Assembly: GCA_963792585.1 (NCBI GenBank)
Contig: CAWBWI010000001.1
Span: 1,664,001 to 1,728,000 of the forward strand
DNA length: 64,000 bases
From: Candidatus Eiseniibacteriota bacterium
Lineage (GTDB): Bacteria; Eisenbacteria; RBG-16-71-46; CAIMUX01; VGJL01
Direction: 5' to 3'
In this document: positions 29,089-38,758 of the stretch, in pieces
Numbering within the stretch: the stretch's first letter is position 1
How the letters are laid out: the number at the start of each line of letters is the position of its first letter
The notes under the pieces: generated by a model
Seen by the model: only the letters and a program-made list of their open reading frames with translations
Told to the model about the DNA's origin: nothing
The model's database searches: none
Program-made: the position numbers and the translations under genes

Positions 29089-32000
29089 CGACGCACTGAA
29101 GAGAGCCGCCCGTGCCGTCACCGACGGAAGCCCCGTCGACTGGGAGAACCTGTCGGCGACCTTTCCGCACCTCCGCTCGCGGCTGGACAAACTGCGGTTG
29201 ATCGAGTCTCTCGCGGCATCCGCCCGCACCCCTGTCGCCCCGCCCGACCGGAAGGCCCCGGATCCCAGCGAGATGTTGTTCTCCTGGGGACCGCTTCGGG
29301 TAATGGCGAAGATCGGAGAGGGGAGCTTCGGGGAGGTCTATCGCGCCTTCGACCCGGTCTTGGAACGGGTGGTGGCGCTCAAGTTGCACCGTCTCGCCGG
29401 CGCCGTTGCGCGTTCCGCGTTCGCGCCCCACATCGAGGAAGCGCGCAAGCTCGCGCGGGTCCGCCATCCGAATGTCCTGACGGTGCACGGCGTCGAGGTT
29501 CACGATGGCCGCGCCGGTATGTGGACGGACTTCATCCAGGGCGAGACTCTGGAAGAGCGGATCGTGTCGGCCGGCCCGCTCGGCGTGGACGAGATCGCAG
29601 TGATTGCCCGGGACCTATGCCGTGCCCTCGCGGCCGTCCACGCGGCCGACATCGTGCACGGCGACATCAAGGCGGCGAACGTGATGCGCGAGCGCGACGG
29701 CCGGATCATCTTGATGGACTTCGGCGCGGGATCCTATCTGCATGACCTCCTTTCGGCGGAGCCGGGCGAGGCCGGCCCTGGTCTCGAGTCGATAGTGAAT
29801 CCCTCGGCGCCCGCCGCCCGCAGATTGATCGGGACCCCGCTCGTCATGGCTCCGGAGTTGCTGGACGGCTCCGAGCCGAACGTCAGGTCCGACATCTACG
29901 CGCTCGGGGTTCTCCTCTTCCGCCTCGCAACCGGACGCCATCCGATCGAGGCTTCGACCGCGGAAGAGCTCGTGGAGCGCCACGAGGAGCCGCGGCGCGT
30001 GTTCCTCTGGGAGGTCCGCCCTGACTTGCCGGAGACCTTCGCCCGGGCGATCGAGAAGGCGCTCGCCCCGCATGCGGGAGACCGATATGCGGACGCGACC
30101 GAGATGGGCGTCATTCTCGCGGCCTCGCTCGGCGCAAGCCCGGAGCATTCGGACACGAAGGCCGGCGCGGTTCGGAATTCGATCCGGTTCTCGACGCGGT
30201 TCATCGGACGCGAGCGGGAACTCGCCGCGGCCCGCAAACTCGTGGTCGAGTCCCCCGTCGTCACCTTCGTCGGTCCTGGAGGCTCGGGGAAGACACGGCT
30301 CGCGGCTCGGCTGTGCGAGGAGCTGGCCGGAGCCTTCCCCGGCGGCGTCTGCTTCGTGGAACTCGCGCACATCACGCCCGCCATGCCGTTGGACGCGGAG
30401 ATTGCCCGAGCGCTTGGAATCCGTGAGGAACCCACACGACATTTGCGCGAGATGCTCGTCGAACACCTGGCGGGGGCAGCGCGGCTGCTCGTGCTCGACA
30501 ATTGCGAGCAGATCCTCGATGGGTCGCGCGCGTTCTGCGATTTCATCCGCTCGCAATGCCCCAACGTCCACCTGATCGCGACGAGCCGGCAGGCACTGGG
30601 AGTGATCGAGGAGCGCATCTACCACACACCACCGCTGACCATACCCCCCTCTCCCGGAGGGGGCCGAACCCACGGACTGGAGATCACCGAATCGGAGGCG
30701 GTGCGGCTCTTCATCGACCGCGCCGTTCGCAGCCGACCCGATTTCTCACTGACCGAGGCGAACGCGCCGCACGTCGCGGAGATCTGCCGTCGTCTCGAGG
30801 GGATTCCGCTCGCGATCGAACTGGCGGCGGCGCGCGTGCGCGCGCTGGGCACCGAGGCCCTTGCGTCCCGGTTGGAGGAGAGCTTCAGGCTGCTCACGGG
30901 GGGCAACACGGGCCCGGCGCACCATTCGACGATCGAGGCATCGATCGACTGGAGCTACCGGCTCCTCGAGGATCCGGAGCGCCGGCTGTTGCGCAGGCTT
31001 GCCGTCTTCGCCGGAGCGTGGTCGATCGAGGCCGCGGAGACGGTCTGCACGGACGATCCGGATCAACCGGGTGAGATCGCCCATGAGCCCATCCTCGATC
31101 TGATCACCAGTCTCGTGGAGAAATCGCTGGTGACATTCGATGTCCCCCGCGAGGACCGGAACGACGCCGGCTCGGGCGGCGCGGCAAGCGGTGCTTCCTA
31201 CCGGATGCCGGAGATGGTCCGCCAGTTCGCGATGGCCGCGCTGCTCCGGTCGGGAGACGCAGATGTGCTGCGCGCGCGCCATCTCGCCTACTTCCTCCGG
31301 ATCACGGAGGAGATCGGGATGCGAATCTACGGGCAGGAGCAGGAGCGCCTTCTCCCCTATCTCGAATCCCAGCAGGATAACTACCGCGCCGCGATTCGTT
31401 GGTCGATGACCGAAGCCGGAGACATCGATGCCGGCCTTCGCATCGCCGCCCTCATTCGCCGGTTCTGGTTCATCCGGGGATACATCACGGAAGGTCGGCA
31501 ACTCCTCGACGAACTGGTGGCGACGGGACGGGGGACACCCCAGAACAGGGCGAACGCCATCGTGTCATCCGCCAGCCTGGCCTGGTCGAGCGGGGATGCG
31601 GCCACGAGCAAGAGGCTCGCCCTGGAGGCGCTGCGGATCCGGGAAGAGATCGGAAGCGTGGATGGGCAGATCCCGGCCCTCGCCGTCCTCGGCACCATTG
31701 CGTCCGACGAGGGAGACTACGGGCGGGCTCGCATGCTGCTGGAGAAGGCTCTTGCGATCCGTCGCGGGATCCCCGACCTGGCTTCCCTGGCTTCCATCAC
31801 GTGCAATCTCGGCGTCCTCTGCGCGCGCGAAGGCGATCTCCAGGCGGCCAGCCGGTACTACGAGGAGGCCTACGCCACGATGGTCGAAATGGGAGATCTC
31901 CCCAGCGCCGCAACGCTGCTCATGAACTTCAGCGCGACCGCGCGCGACCTGGGAGATCTGCCGCGCGCGAAGGAACTGGCGCTCGAGTCCGTGAAGATCT

Positions 32001-32419
32001 TCCGAGCATCGGAGAACCGACGGGGCCTGCCGAGCGCGGTGCTCAATCTGGCGAAGGTGCACCAGGCGGAGGGAGACCTGGTGACGGCCTACGAGCGGAT
32101 GTTGGAGAGCCTCGCGGGCGCCCGTGACCGGGGCGATCACCCCGCGATTGCCGACAATCTGGAATCGATCGCCCAGCTCTGGGTTGCAGATCGGCGTTTC
32201 GATCGCGCCGCCCGACTCCTCGGGGCCGCCGAGGTGCTGAGAGAGGCACACGGGCAGTCGATCCACCCACTAGGACTGCCCGACCACGACCAGGCCGTCA
32301 TGAGGGCCCGGGAGGCGCTCGGCGATGAGGCCTTCCGGAGCGCCCAAGCGTCGGGGCGCGCGATGGACCTCGAGCGCGCGATCGCTCACGCGTTCGAGCC
32401 CGGCGAGGCGGATCGCTGA
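29072..32419 (+). CDS. Ser/Thr kinase-NB-ARC/STAND ATPase-TPR protein
   Basis: GEGSFG, VALK, HGDIKAAN, DFG, APE; GPGGSGKTRL, LVLDNCE, ATSR, LEGIPLAIELAAAR; TPR tail; overlaps the ECF stop by 17 nt. Confidence 0.93.
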   Translation: MPTGPDDALKRAARAVTDGSPVDWENLSATFPHLRSRLDKLRLIESLAASARTPVAPPDRKAPDPSEMLFSWGPLRVMAKIGEGSFGEVYRAFDPVLERVVALKLHRLAGAVARSAFAPHIEEARKLARVRHPNVLTVHGVEVHDGRAGMWTDFIQGETLEERIVSAGPLGVDEIAVIARDLCRALAAVHAADIVHGDIKAANVMRERDGRIILMDFGAGSYLHDLLSAEPGEAGPGLESIVNPSAPAARRLIGTPLVMAPELLDGSEPNVRSDIYALGVLLFRLATGRHPIEASTAEELVERHEEPRRVFLWEVRPDLPETFARAIEKALAPHAGDRYADATEMGVILAASLGASPEHSDTKAGAVRNSIRFSTRFIGRERELAAARKLVVESPVVTFVGPGGSGKTRLAARLCEELAGAFPGGVCFVELAHITPAMPLDAEIARALGIREEPTRHLREMLVEHLAGAARLLVLDNCEQILDGSRAFCDFIRSQCPNVHLIATSRQALGVIEERIYHTPPLTIPPSPGGGRTHGLEITESEAVRLFIDRAVRSRPDFSLTEANAPHVAEICRRLEGIPLAIELAAARVRALGTEALASRLEESFRLLTGGNTGPAHHSTIEASIDWSYRLLEDPERRLLRRLAVFAGAWSIEAAETVCTDDPDQPGEIAHEPILDLITSLVEKSLVTFDVPREDRNDAGSGGAASGASYRMPEMVRQFAMAALLRSGDADVLRARHLAYFLRITEEIGMRIYGQEQERLLPYLESQQDNYRAAIRWSMTEAGDIDAGLRIAALIRRFWFIRGYITEGRQLLDELVATGRGTPQNRANAIVSSASLAWSSGDAATSKRLALEALRIREEIGSVDGQIPALAVLGTIASDEGDYGRARMLLEKALAIRRGIPDLASLASITCNLGVLCAREGDLQAASRYYEEAYATMVEMGDLPSAATLLMNFSATARDLGDLPRAKELALESVKIFRASENRRGLPSAVLNLAKVHQAEGDLVTAYERMLESLAGARDRGDHPAIADNLESIAQLWVADRRFDRAARLLGAAEVLREAHGQSIHPLGLPDHDQAVMRAREALGDEAFRSAQASGRAMDLERAIAHAFEPGEADR

Positions 32420-32432
32420 GAGGCCGGTTCCT

Positions 32433-33185
32433 CTAGAAACGGACCGAGAGGGAAGCGCGCATCTCCCCCGTCGACGGATTCCACGCGAACGCGGGCGACG
32501 CCCCGTGAGGAGTCAGCTCGGCCTGCTCGTCCCCTCCTGTGAAGACGAATTGCTGGAGAAGGAAGAGTCCGAAGAGGCTCCCACCCACGATCGCGAAGGT
32601 CTGCGCCTTGCTGTCGTGATCCTTGGCGTCCTGGTACTTCTCCTCGGCCTCGTCCTTGCGGTTCGCGTTGAAGAGTTCTTTGTACTCGTCGTAGCTCGAA
32701 TTGCCCTTTGAGTTCTCATTCAGCGCAAGCCCGCCGACGGCAGCGGCGCCGATGAGGCTTCCCCACTTCAGGAATCCACGAAATGCGGATCCACCACCCG
32801 TCCCGGCAGGGGTCGACGCCTCGCCACGCCGGGGCTGCTTCGTCGCCCCCGACGCGGGCGCTTCGGACTCCGTCCCGCCCGGGATCAGTTCATCCGCGGA
32901 GATGACCTCGAGGAACTTGGTGGCCGCCCACCCGAGGGTCCCGTCCTTGAGTCGGATTTGCGTCCAGTCGCCCTGAACCTCGATGAGGGTTGCGGTCGCG
33001 TCCTTCGTCAGGGAAGCGACGATCGCGTTTGTGGTGCCGGGTCCGCTTCGGACGTTCAGACTCGTGGCTATGACCCGCACTTGCTTCTCGTTCTTCCCCG
33101 AGTCCTCCGCAAATGCCATCGAAGGAAGCAGCCACTGGGCGGAAAGCAGGAGCACCAGGATCCAGACACCCATTCTTCGAGTCAT
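32433..33185 (-). CDS. Exported SH3b-domain protein
   Basis: GGAGAAGG RBS, signal peptide, LNVRSGPGT...GDW.QI....G..GW; C-terminal Phe. Confidence 0.82.
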   Translation of the reverse strand: MTRRMGVWILVLLLSAQWLLPSMAFAEDSGKNEKQVRVIATSLNVRSGPGTTNAIVASLTKDATATLIEVQGDWTQIRLKDGTLGWAATKFLEVISADELIPGGTESEAPASGATKQPRRGEASTPAGTGGGSAFRGFLKWGSLIGAAAVGGLALNENSKGNSSYDEYKELFNANRKDEAEEKYQDAKDHDSKAQTFAIVGGSLFGLFLLQQFVFTGGDEQAELTPHGASPAFAWNPSTGEMRASLSVRF

Positions 33186-33376
33186 CCCTTCTCCTCCGGG
33201 CGTTCCCGGTTCTCCAGGAAGCGGTACGCCCTCCGAAATGCCCGCGCGGATGGTACCAGAAGTCTCCAACCCCCGAAACCGGGAGAGGGAGGGCAGAGGG
33301 GTCCCCGGCACACCCCTTGACACCCCGGTACCCCGCACGACTACGATTCACTGTCCTTATCGGACAGGAGGTCCCC

Positions 33377-33916
33377 ATGCCCAAGAAGTCGTTCCTGACG
33401 GACATCAAGACCCTCCGAAAGCGCGCCCGGCAGCATATCGAGATGGGCGCGGTCACCCCGGGATACAAGGCGGACCTGAAGATCGCCGTGAAGATCCTCA
33501 ACGAAGCGCTCGCGACCGAGATCGTCTGCGTCCTGCGCTACAAGCGACACTTCTACATGGCGACGGGGATCAACGCCCAGGCCGCCGCACAGGAATTCCT
33601 GCAGCACGCGACCGAGGAGCAGGCCCATGCCGACCAGATCGCGCAGCGGATCGTCCAGCTCGGAGGCGAACCGAACTTCTCTCCCGAAGGACTCCTCACG
33701 CGCAGCCATGCGGAGTACGTGGAGGGGTCCAACCTGATCGAGATGATCCAGGAGGACCTCGTCGCCGAGCGTATTGCTATCGACAGCTACCGGGAGATGG
33801 TCGCCTTCTTCGGCGACGCGGATCCGACATCACGGCGAATGCTCGAGGGAATCCTCGCCATGGAGGAGGAACATGCGGACGACCTCGTGAACCTGCTCCA
33901 GGAGATCGGTTCCTAG
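33377..33916 (+). CDS. Ferritin-like protein (bacterioferritin/DpsL family)
   Basis: AGGAGG RBS; ALATE...RY..H, EEQ.HAD, RIVQLGG.P, EDLVAE..AI..Y, EEEHADD. Confidence 0.9.
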   Translation: MPKKSFLTDIKTLRKRARQHIEMGAVTPGYKADLKIAVKILNEALATEIVCVLRYKRHFYMATGINAQAAAQEFLQHATEEQAHADQIAQRIVQLGGEPNFSPEGLLTRSHAEYVEGSNLIEMIQEDLVAERIAIDSYREMVAFFGDADPTSRRMLEGILAMEEEHADDLVNLLQEIGS

Positions 33917-34072
33917 AACCGACGAGGGTTCGGCGGACGCGATCCCGCCAAGCGGCTACCGGGTTTGACAGTCGCTCGTCAAAGAGTCGAGAATTGGTGT
34001 GCCTTCCCGGCGCGGTGCAGGCAAGAAGCTGGAGGATTGGTGAACCCTGAGCCCAGCGACCGCTCCTTTCCG

Positions 34073-36970
34073 ATGCACGAGCGGGATTTTCGCTTTCTCG
34101 TCGAGAACACGGAGGACGTGATCGCCGTCGTCTCGAGCGACGGTATCGTCGTCTATGTGAACCGGCGCGGGATTGCGCGACTCGGCGCTTCCGCCGATGA
34201 CGTGATCGGCCGTTCACTCCCGAGCATGATCGCTCCGGAGGAGGTCGAGCGGGTCACGGAGATCCGGGCCGCGCGGCACGCCGGACGCCCCTCCCCACAG
34301 AGGTATGAAACCTGCGTCATCCTACCGGGAACCGGTCGGATCGAGGTGGAGGTCACCGCTACCCCCACGGAGTGGAACGGGAAGCCGGCGGATGTGATCA
34401 TCCTGCGGGACATCTCGGAGCGCAGGAGGGCGGAAGAGCAAATCCGGCACCGGGAGGCCATCTTGCGCAGCGTCGCCGCGGCGGCGGAGAGCCTCGTCCG
34501 CTCGATTTCCTGGAAGGATGGCATCCAGGAGACCATGGCCATGGTCGGCAGGGCCGGCGGGGTCGATCGCGTCTTCGTCTGGGAAGCCGCCCGTGAGCCG
34601 GATGGCGAGATTCGTATTTGCTGGGCACGATCCTGGGCAAGCGATCGCTACCCCGGGGGTGCCTCCGGCTTGCTCTACGAAGGACTCCGGCTGCGCTCCT
34701 CGGGGTTTGACAGGCACATCGACGGCTTCCAGCGCGGGCGGATCCTCGCCGAGCCGCTGGACAGATACCCCGAACCGTTCCGCTCGCAATGGGCAGCGGC
34801 GGGCATTCGGGCGATACTCGCGGCGCCCATTCTCGTCGACGGCGAGTGGTGGGGCGTGCTGGGGTTCTCGGACTGCTCGGCCGAACGCGAATGGTCGGCA
34901 ACCGAGATCGACGCGCTTCGGGTCCTCACGAGCATCCTCGGCGCCCTCATCCGGCGGGAACGGATCCGTGAGGACCTCGCGATGAGCGAGGAACGCCTCC
35001 GGCAGACCGTGGAGCAGGCCCCGGCGGGCATATTCATCGCCGATGAGCGAGGACGCTATATCGAGGTCAATACAACCGCGTGCCAGATGCTCGGATACAG
35101 CCGCGATGAGCTGCTTCGGCTGACCGTCTACGATGTGACCCCACCGGAGTTCCGCGAGCTTGGCGCGACAAGTTTTGAGAGGGTGCGAAGTGGTGAACCG
35201 GTGATCATCGAGAGCGCGCTCCTCTGCAAGTCCGGGGTCTCTCTTGCGGTCGAGATCAACGCGAAGCGCCTCTCCGATGGTCGGCTGCAGGCGATCGTCT
35301 CCGACATCACCGAGCGCAAGCGCACACAGGATGAACTCCGTCGTCGCGACGTGATCCTGGAGGTTGTCAGCACCGCCGCCGAGCGCTTCTTGAACTCCAC
35401 GGTCTGGGAGGAGCAGATCGGCAAAGTCCTCGAGCAACTCGCGGGGGCGACCGGCGCCGATCGCGCCTTCCTGTACGAGAATCAGACGGACGCTCATGGC
35501 GTCCTCCGGACGATTCGGCGATACGGCTGGTTGGACCCCGACTCGAAGGGGACGGTCGCCGCCCAGGCGACGACCGGCTACCCGCTGGCGGACCTGGGAC
35601 TCACCAGAGAGCTCGGCATTCTGCGCTCGGGACGGATTCTCCAACTGGAGAGCAAGGATGCGTCCCCACCGCTGGCCAAGGTCCTCGAGCAGATCGGCAT
35701 CCACGCACTCACCTTGGTGCCGATCCTCGTCGAAGGGGACCTCTGGGGCTACTTCGGGCTTGCCGAGAGCGGGGCGACGCGCACATGGCTCCGCGTCGAA
35801 CTCGACGCGTTGCGGATCGCCGGTGACATCCTCGGGGCCCTGGTCCGCCGAAGGCGGGTCGAGGCTGCGTTGCGCGCCAGCGAGCAGAAGTACCGGACAC
35901 TCGTCGAGGGAACGAAGCAGTCCATCGTGATGATCGACCGCTACGGGGTCTTCCGGTTCGCAAACACCACTGCGGCGACCCGCCTCGGCACGACCCAGGA
36001 AGCGATCACCGGCAAGACGATGTGGGAGCTGTTCCCTCAGAAACTCGCCGACGAGCAGATGGACATCCTGCGCCAGGCGATCGACGAGCGAGAGCCGGTG
36101 GTCGTCGAGCGGGCGACCATCGTGCAGGGCACGGAGCGGTGGCACGAGACGCGCATCCACCCGCTCGTCGACGACGAACGCCGGTGCGAATCCGCGCTCG
36201 TTCTGATCAGCGATATCGGCGACCGGAAGAGGGCCGAGGCGGAGATCATCTCCTACCAGAAGAGGCTTCGCTCGCTCTCCTCCGAGCTGATGCTGGCCGA
36301 AGAGCGGGAACGGCGGAGGATTGCTGCCGAGTTGCACGACCGGATCGGGCAGTCCCTCGCAATTGCAAAGATGAAACTGGGCGCCGCGCGGCAGATGAGT
36401 GCGTCGGAGCGAATGAACCAGATCCTCGACGAGATGCGCCGACTCCTGGATGAGACGATTCAGGACACTCGACTGCTGACTTTCGAGATCAGTCCCCCGA
36501 TCCTCTACGAGCTTGGCTTCGAGCCCGCTGTCGAGTGGCTCGCGGAGAGATTCCACGAGCGTCACGGGATTGAAGCTTCCTTCCTGGACGACCGCCAACC
36601 GAAGCCGCTCGGAGCCGACCTCCGCGTCTTCCTGTTCCAGGCGGTTCAGGAGCTCCTTCTCAACGTCGTCAAGCACGCAAAGGCGCGGTCGGTTCGGGTG
36701 AGCGTGCGCAGAGAGGGGGAACAGATCGTCGTTGGCGTGGCCGATGACGGGATCGGATGCGATCCCGTCCAGATCGCTGCGATCGGCTCGACCCATGTCG
36801 GTTTCGGGCTCTTCAACATCCGCGAGCGGCTGGGACTCCTCGGCGGAAGGCTCGAGATCGAGTGCTCCTCGGAAGGCGGAACCATGGCCTGCCTGCGGGC
36901 GCCGCTCCGCACAGGAACCCCCACGGAGGGAGGAACGAGAGATGGGTCTGAGAATCCTACTGGCCGATGA
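34073..36970 (+). CDS. Multi-PAS/GAF sensor histidine kinase (HisKA_3, soluble)
   Basis: PAS repeats ending DI(S/T)ER; GAF domains (APILVDGEWWGVLGF); EERERRRIAAELHD, QE.LLNVVKHA, DDGIG, GFGL. Start uncertain. Confidence 0.93.
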   Translation: MHERDFRFLVENTEDVIAVVSSDGIVVYVNRRGIARLGASADDVIGRSLPSMIAPEEVERVTEIRAARHAGRPSPQRYETCVILPGTGRIEVEVTATPTEWNGKPADVIILRDISERRRAEEQIRHREAILRSVAAAAESLVRSISWKDGIQETMAMVGRAGGVDRVFVWEAAREPDGEIRICWARSWASDRYPGGASGLLYEGLRLRSSGFDRHIDGFQRGRILAEPLDRYPEPFRSQWAAAGIRAILAAPILVDGEWWGVLGFSDCSAEREWSATEIDALRVLTSILGALIRRERIREDLAMSEERLRQTVEQAPAGIFIADERGRYIEVNTTACQMLGYSRDELLRLTVYDVTPPEFRELGATSFERVRSGEPVIIESALLCKSGVSLAVEINAKRLSDGRLQAIVSDITERKRTQDELRRRDVILEVVSTAAERFLNSTVWEEQIGKVLEQLAGATGADRAFLYENQTDAHGVLRTIRRYGWLDPDSKGTVAAQATTGYPLADLGLTRELGILRSGRILQLESKDASPPLAKVLEQIGIHALTLVPILVEGDLWGYFGLAESGATRTWLRVELDALRIAGDILGALVRRRRVEAALRASEQKYRTLVEGTKQSIVMIDRYGVFRFANTTAATRLGTTQEAITGKTMWELFPQKLADEQMDILRQAIDEREPVVVERATIVQGTERWHETRIHPLVDDERRCESALVLISDIGDRKRAEAEIISYQKRLRSLSSELMLAEERERRRIAAELHDRIGQSLAIAKMKLGAARQMSASERMNQILDEMRRLLDETIQDTRLLTFEISPPILYELGFEPAVEWLAERFHERHGIEASFLDDRQPKPLGADLRVFLFQAVQELLLNVVKHAKARSVRVSVRREGEQIVVGVADDGIGCDPVQIAAIGSTHVGFGLFNIRERLGLLGGRLEIECSSEGGTMACLRAPLRTGTPTEGGTRDGSENPTGR

Positions 36971-37589
36971 CCATCGGATCATGCGCGAAGGATTGCGGGC
37001 GCTCCTCCAGGAGCAGCCCACGATGACGGTCGTCGGAGAAGCGGAGAACGGCCGCAAAGCGGTTCAGCTCGCGAAGGAACTCACACCCGACGTCGTGATC
37101 ATGGACGTGACGATGCCCGAGATGAACGGGATCGAGGCGACCACGCAGATCAAGGCCGCCATCCCCGGAGTTCGCGTCATCGCCTTGTCGATCCACACGG
37201 ATCGACGCTTCGTGATCCAGATGTTTCGGGCCGGAGCGTCAGGATACCTGCTGAAAGACTGCGCATTCGAAGAACTGACCCGCGCGATTCGTACCGTCTC
37301 GGACGGCCAGGCTTACCTGAGCCCCGGCATCGCCGGCGTTGTTGTCGAGGAGTTTCTTCGAACGCTGGCGAGCGACGGGGGTACGGGGGTTCCGTCGCTG
37401 AGCGGCCGCGAGCGGGAAGTCCTCCAACTCACCGCCGAGGGACGGAGCATGAAGGAGATCGCTTCGGCCCTGCATGTCAGCGTCAAGACCATCGAAACCC
37501 ACCGGCGTCAGATCATGAGCAAGCTGGGCGTGAACAGCGTCGCAGAGTTGACCAAGTACGCGATTCGGGAAGGTCTGACTCCCCTGTAG
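36942..37589 (+). CDS. NarL/LuxR-family response regulator
   Basis: ILLADDH, PDVVIMD, GYLLK, LSGREREVL...EIA..L.VSVKTIETHR. Confidence 0.95.
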   Translation: MGLRILLADDHRIMREGLRALLQEQPTMTVVGEAENGRKAVQLAKELTPDVVIMDVTMPEMNGIEATTQIKAAIPGVRVIALSIHTDRRFVIQMFRAGASGYLLKDCAFEELTRAIRTVSDGQAYLSPGIAGVVVEEFLRTLASDGGTGVPSLSGREREVLQLTAEGRSMKEIASALHVSVKTIETHRRQIMSKLGVNSVAELTKYAIREGLTPL

Positions 37590-37632
37590 ACGCACTCCCC
37601 CTGCGGCCCCTCGCTGCCCGGACATCCGGTTG

Positions 37633-37675
37633 GCAGGCTAAGGATTTTGGACCTGCGAAGTCAGGATCTGCCTGA
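37633..37675. promoter_or_regulatory. Putative response-regulator binding sites (TCAGG-N5-CCTGA palindrome plus upstream related site)
   Basis: TCAGGATCTGCCTGA at 37661-37675; TAAGGATTTTGGACCT at 37639-37654. Confidence 0.45.
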
Positions 37676-37802
37676 TTGCCGATTCATCCGCCAGAGTCGA
37701 TGCTCCTTTAGCCGGGGTTGGATAGGTTCACTCGGAACCTGGGCGAGCATCCCAATCCGCCGAGAGCATGGAATTGCTGACCGACCGGAGGGGCTCGCGA
37801 TC

Positions 37803-37865
37803 GTGGTGTCGGGCGATACCGTTGACTATGTGACAGTGCCTGACGTCTTTTCGTCATACGTCTGA
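37803..37865 (+). CDS. Candidate 20-aa small protein (MVSGDTVDYVTVPDVFSSYV)
   Basis: GGAGGGG RBS at 37787-37793, GTG at 37803, TGA at 37863-37865, followed by a strong terminator. Confidence 0.4.
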   Translation: MVSGDTVDYVTVPDVFSSYV

Positions 37866-37889
37866 TCTACCGCCGGTTGCGGATGGGAA

Positions 37890-37923
37890 AGTGGGGGTCG
37901 GTGAAAGCCGGCCCCCACTGTTT
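37890..37923 (+). terminator. Intrinsic terminator
   Basis: AGTGGGGGTCGGT-GAAA-GCCGGCCCCCACT-GTTT. Confidence 0.75.
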
Positions 37924-37966
37924 GTGGCCCCTGGGACTCCCGACACCGTGTATTCTCACAACAGCC

Positions 37967-38758
37967 ATGAACCGACCGCTTTGTGTCCACGATCAGTCCA
38001 TCCTCGAGGCTCACCTTCGGCGAAGTCCGATCCTCCACTTGTATGAACTCGGCGATCTCGATGAGTTTTTCTGGTCGCACACGACCTGGCATGCCCTCCC
38101 GGAAGGGGACGGTCTCGCGGCCTCGACACTCGTCTATTCGGGGACAGATCTCCCCGTTCTGATTGCGATGTCCGAGGATCGGTCCGGTCGGATGCGGCAG
38201 TTGCTGGACGGGATCCTGCCCTTCCTCCCATCGCGCTTCTACGCCCACCTGACCGACGGGTTGGACGAGGTCTTCAACACGGACTACCGGATCGAACCCC
38301 ATGGCGCCCATCTGCGGATGAACCTGGCGCACCCGGAGGTCGTGGCGAGGATCGATGGCCGGGGCGCGACGCAGCTTGGTCGAGCGGACCTGGAGGCCAT
38401 TGGCGGCTTATATGGAACCGCATATCCGGACAACTGGTTCGATCCTCGCATGCTCGACACCGGCGCATACCACGGCATCCGGGAAGACGGACGGCTCGTC
38501 GGCGTCGCCGGCGTGCATGTCTACTCCCCCGCCTACCGCGTGGCCGCCCTCGGGAACATCGCGACCCATCCGCTCCATCGGGGGCGGGGCATCGGCGGCG
38601 CCGTGACGGCCTCGGTTTGCCGCTGGCTTCTCCGCACGACCGACATTATCGGCTTGAACGTCCGGGAGGACAACGCGGCCGCGATCCGTTGCTACGAGCG
38701 CCTTGGATTCGAGACCTATGCGGGGTACGGCGAATACCTATTGGAGCGAAAACGGTGA
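37967..38758 (+). CDS. GNAT family N-acetyltransferase (FR47-like C-terminus)
   Basis: LGNIATHP.HRGRGIG, LNV..DN.AAIRCYERLGF. Confidence 0.88.
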   Translation: MNRPLCVHDQSILEAHLRRSPILHLYELGDLDEFFWSHTTWHALPEGDGLAASTLVYSGTDLPVLIAMSEDRSGRMRQLLDGILPFLPSRFYAHLTDGLDEVFNTDYRIEPHGAHLRMNLAHPEVVARIDGRGATQLGRADLEAIGGLYGTAYPDNWFDPRMLDTGAYHGIREDGRLVGVAGVHVYSPAYRVAALGNIATHPLHRGRGIGGAVTASVCRWLLRTTDIIGLNVREDNAAAIRCYERLGFETYAGYGEYLLERKR

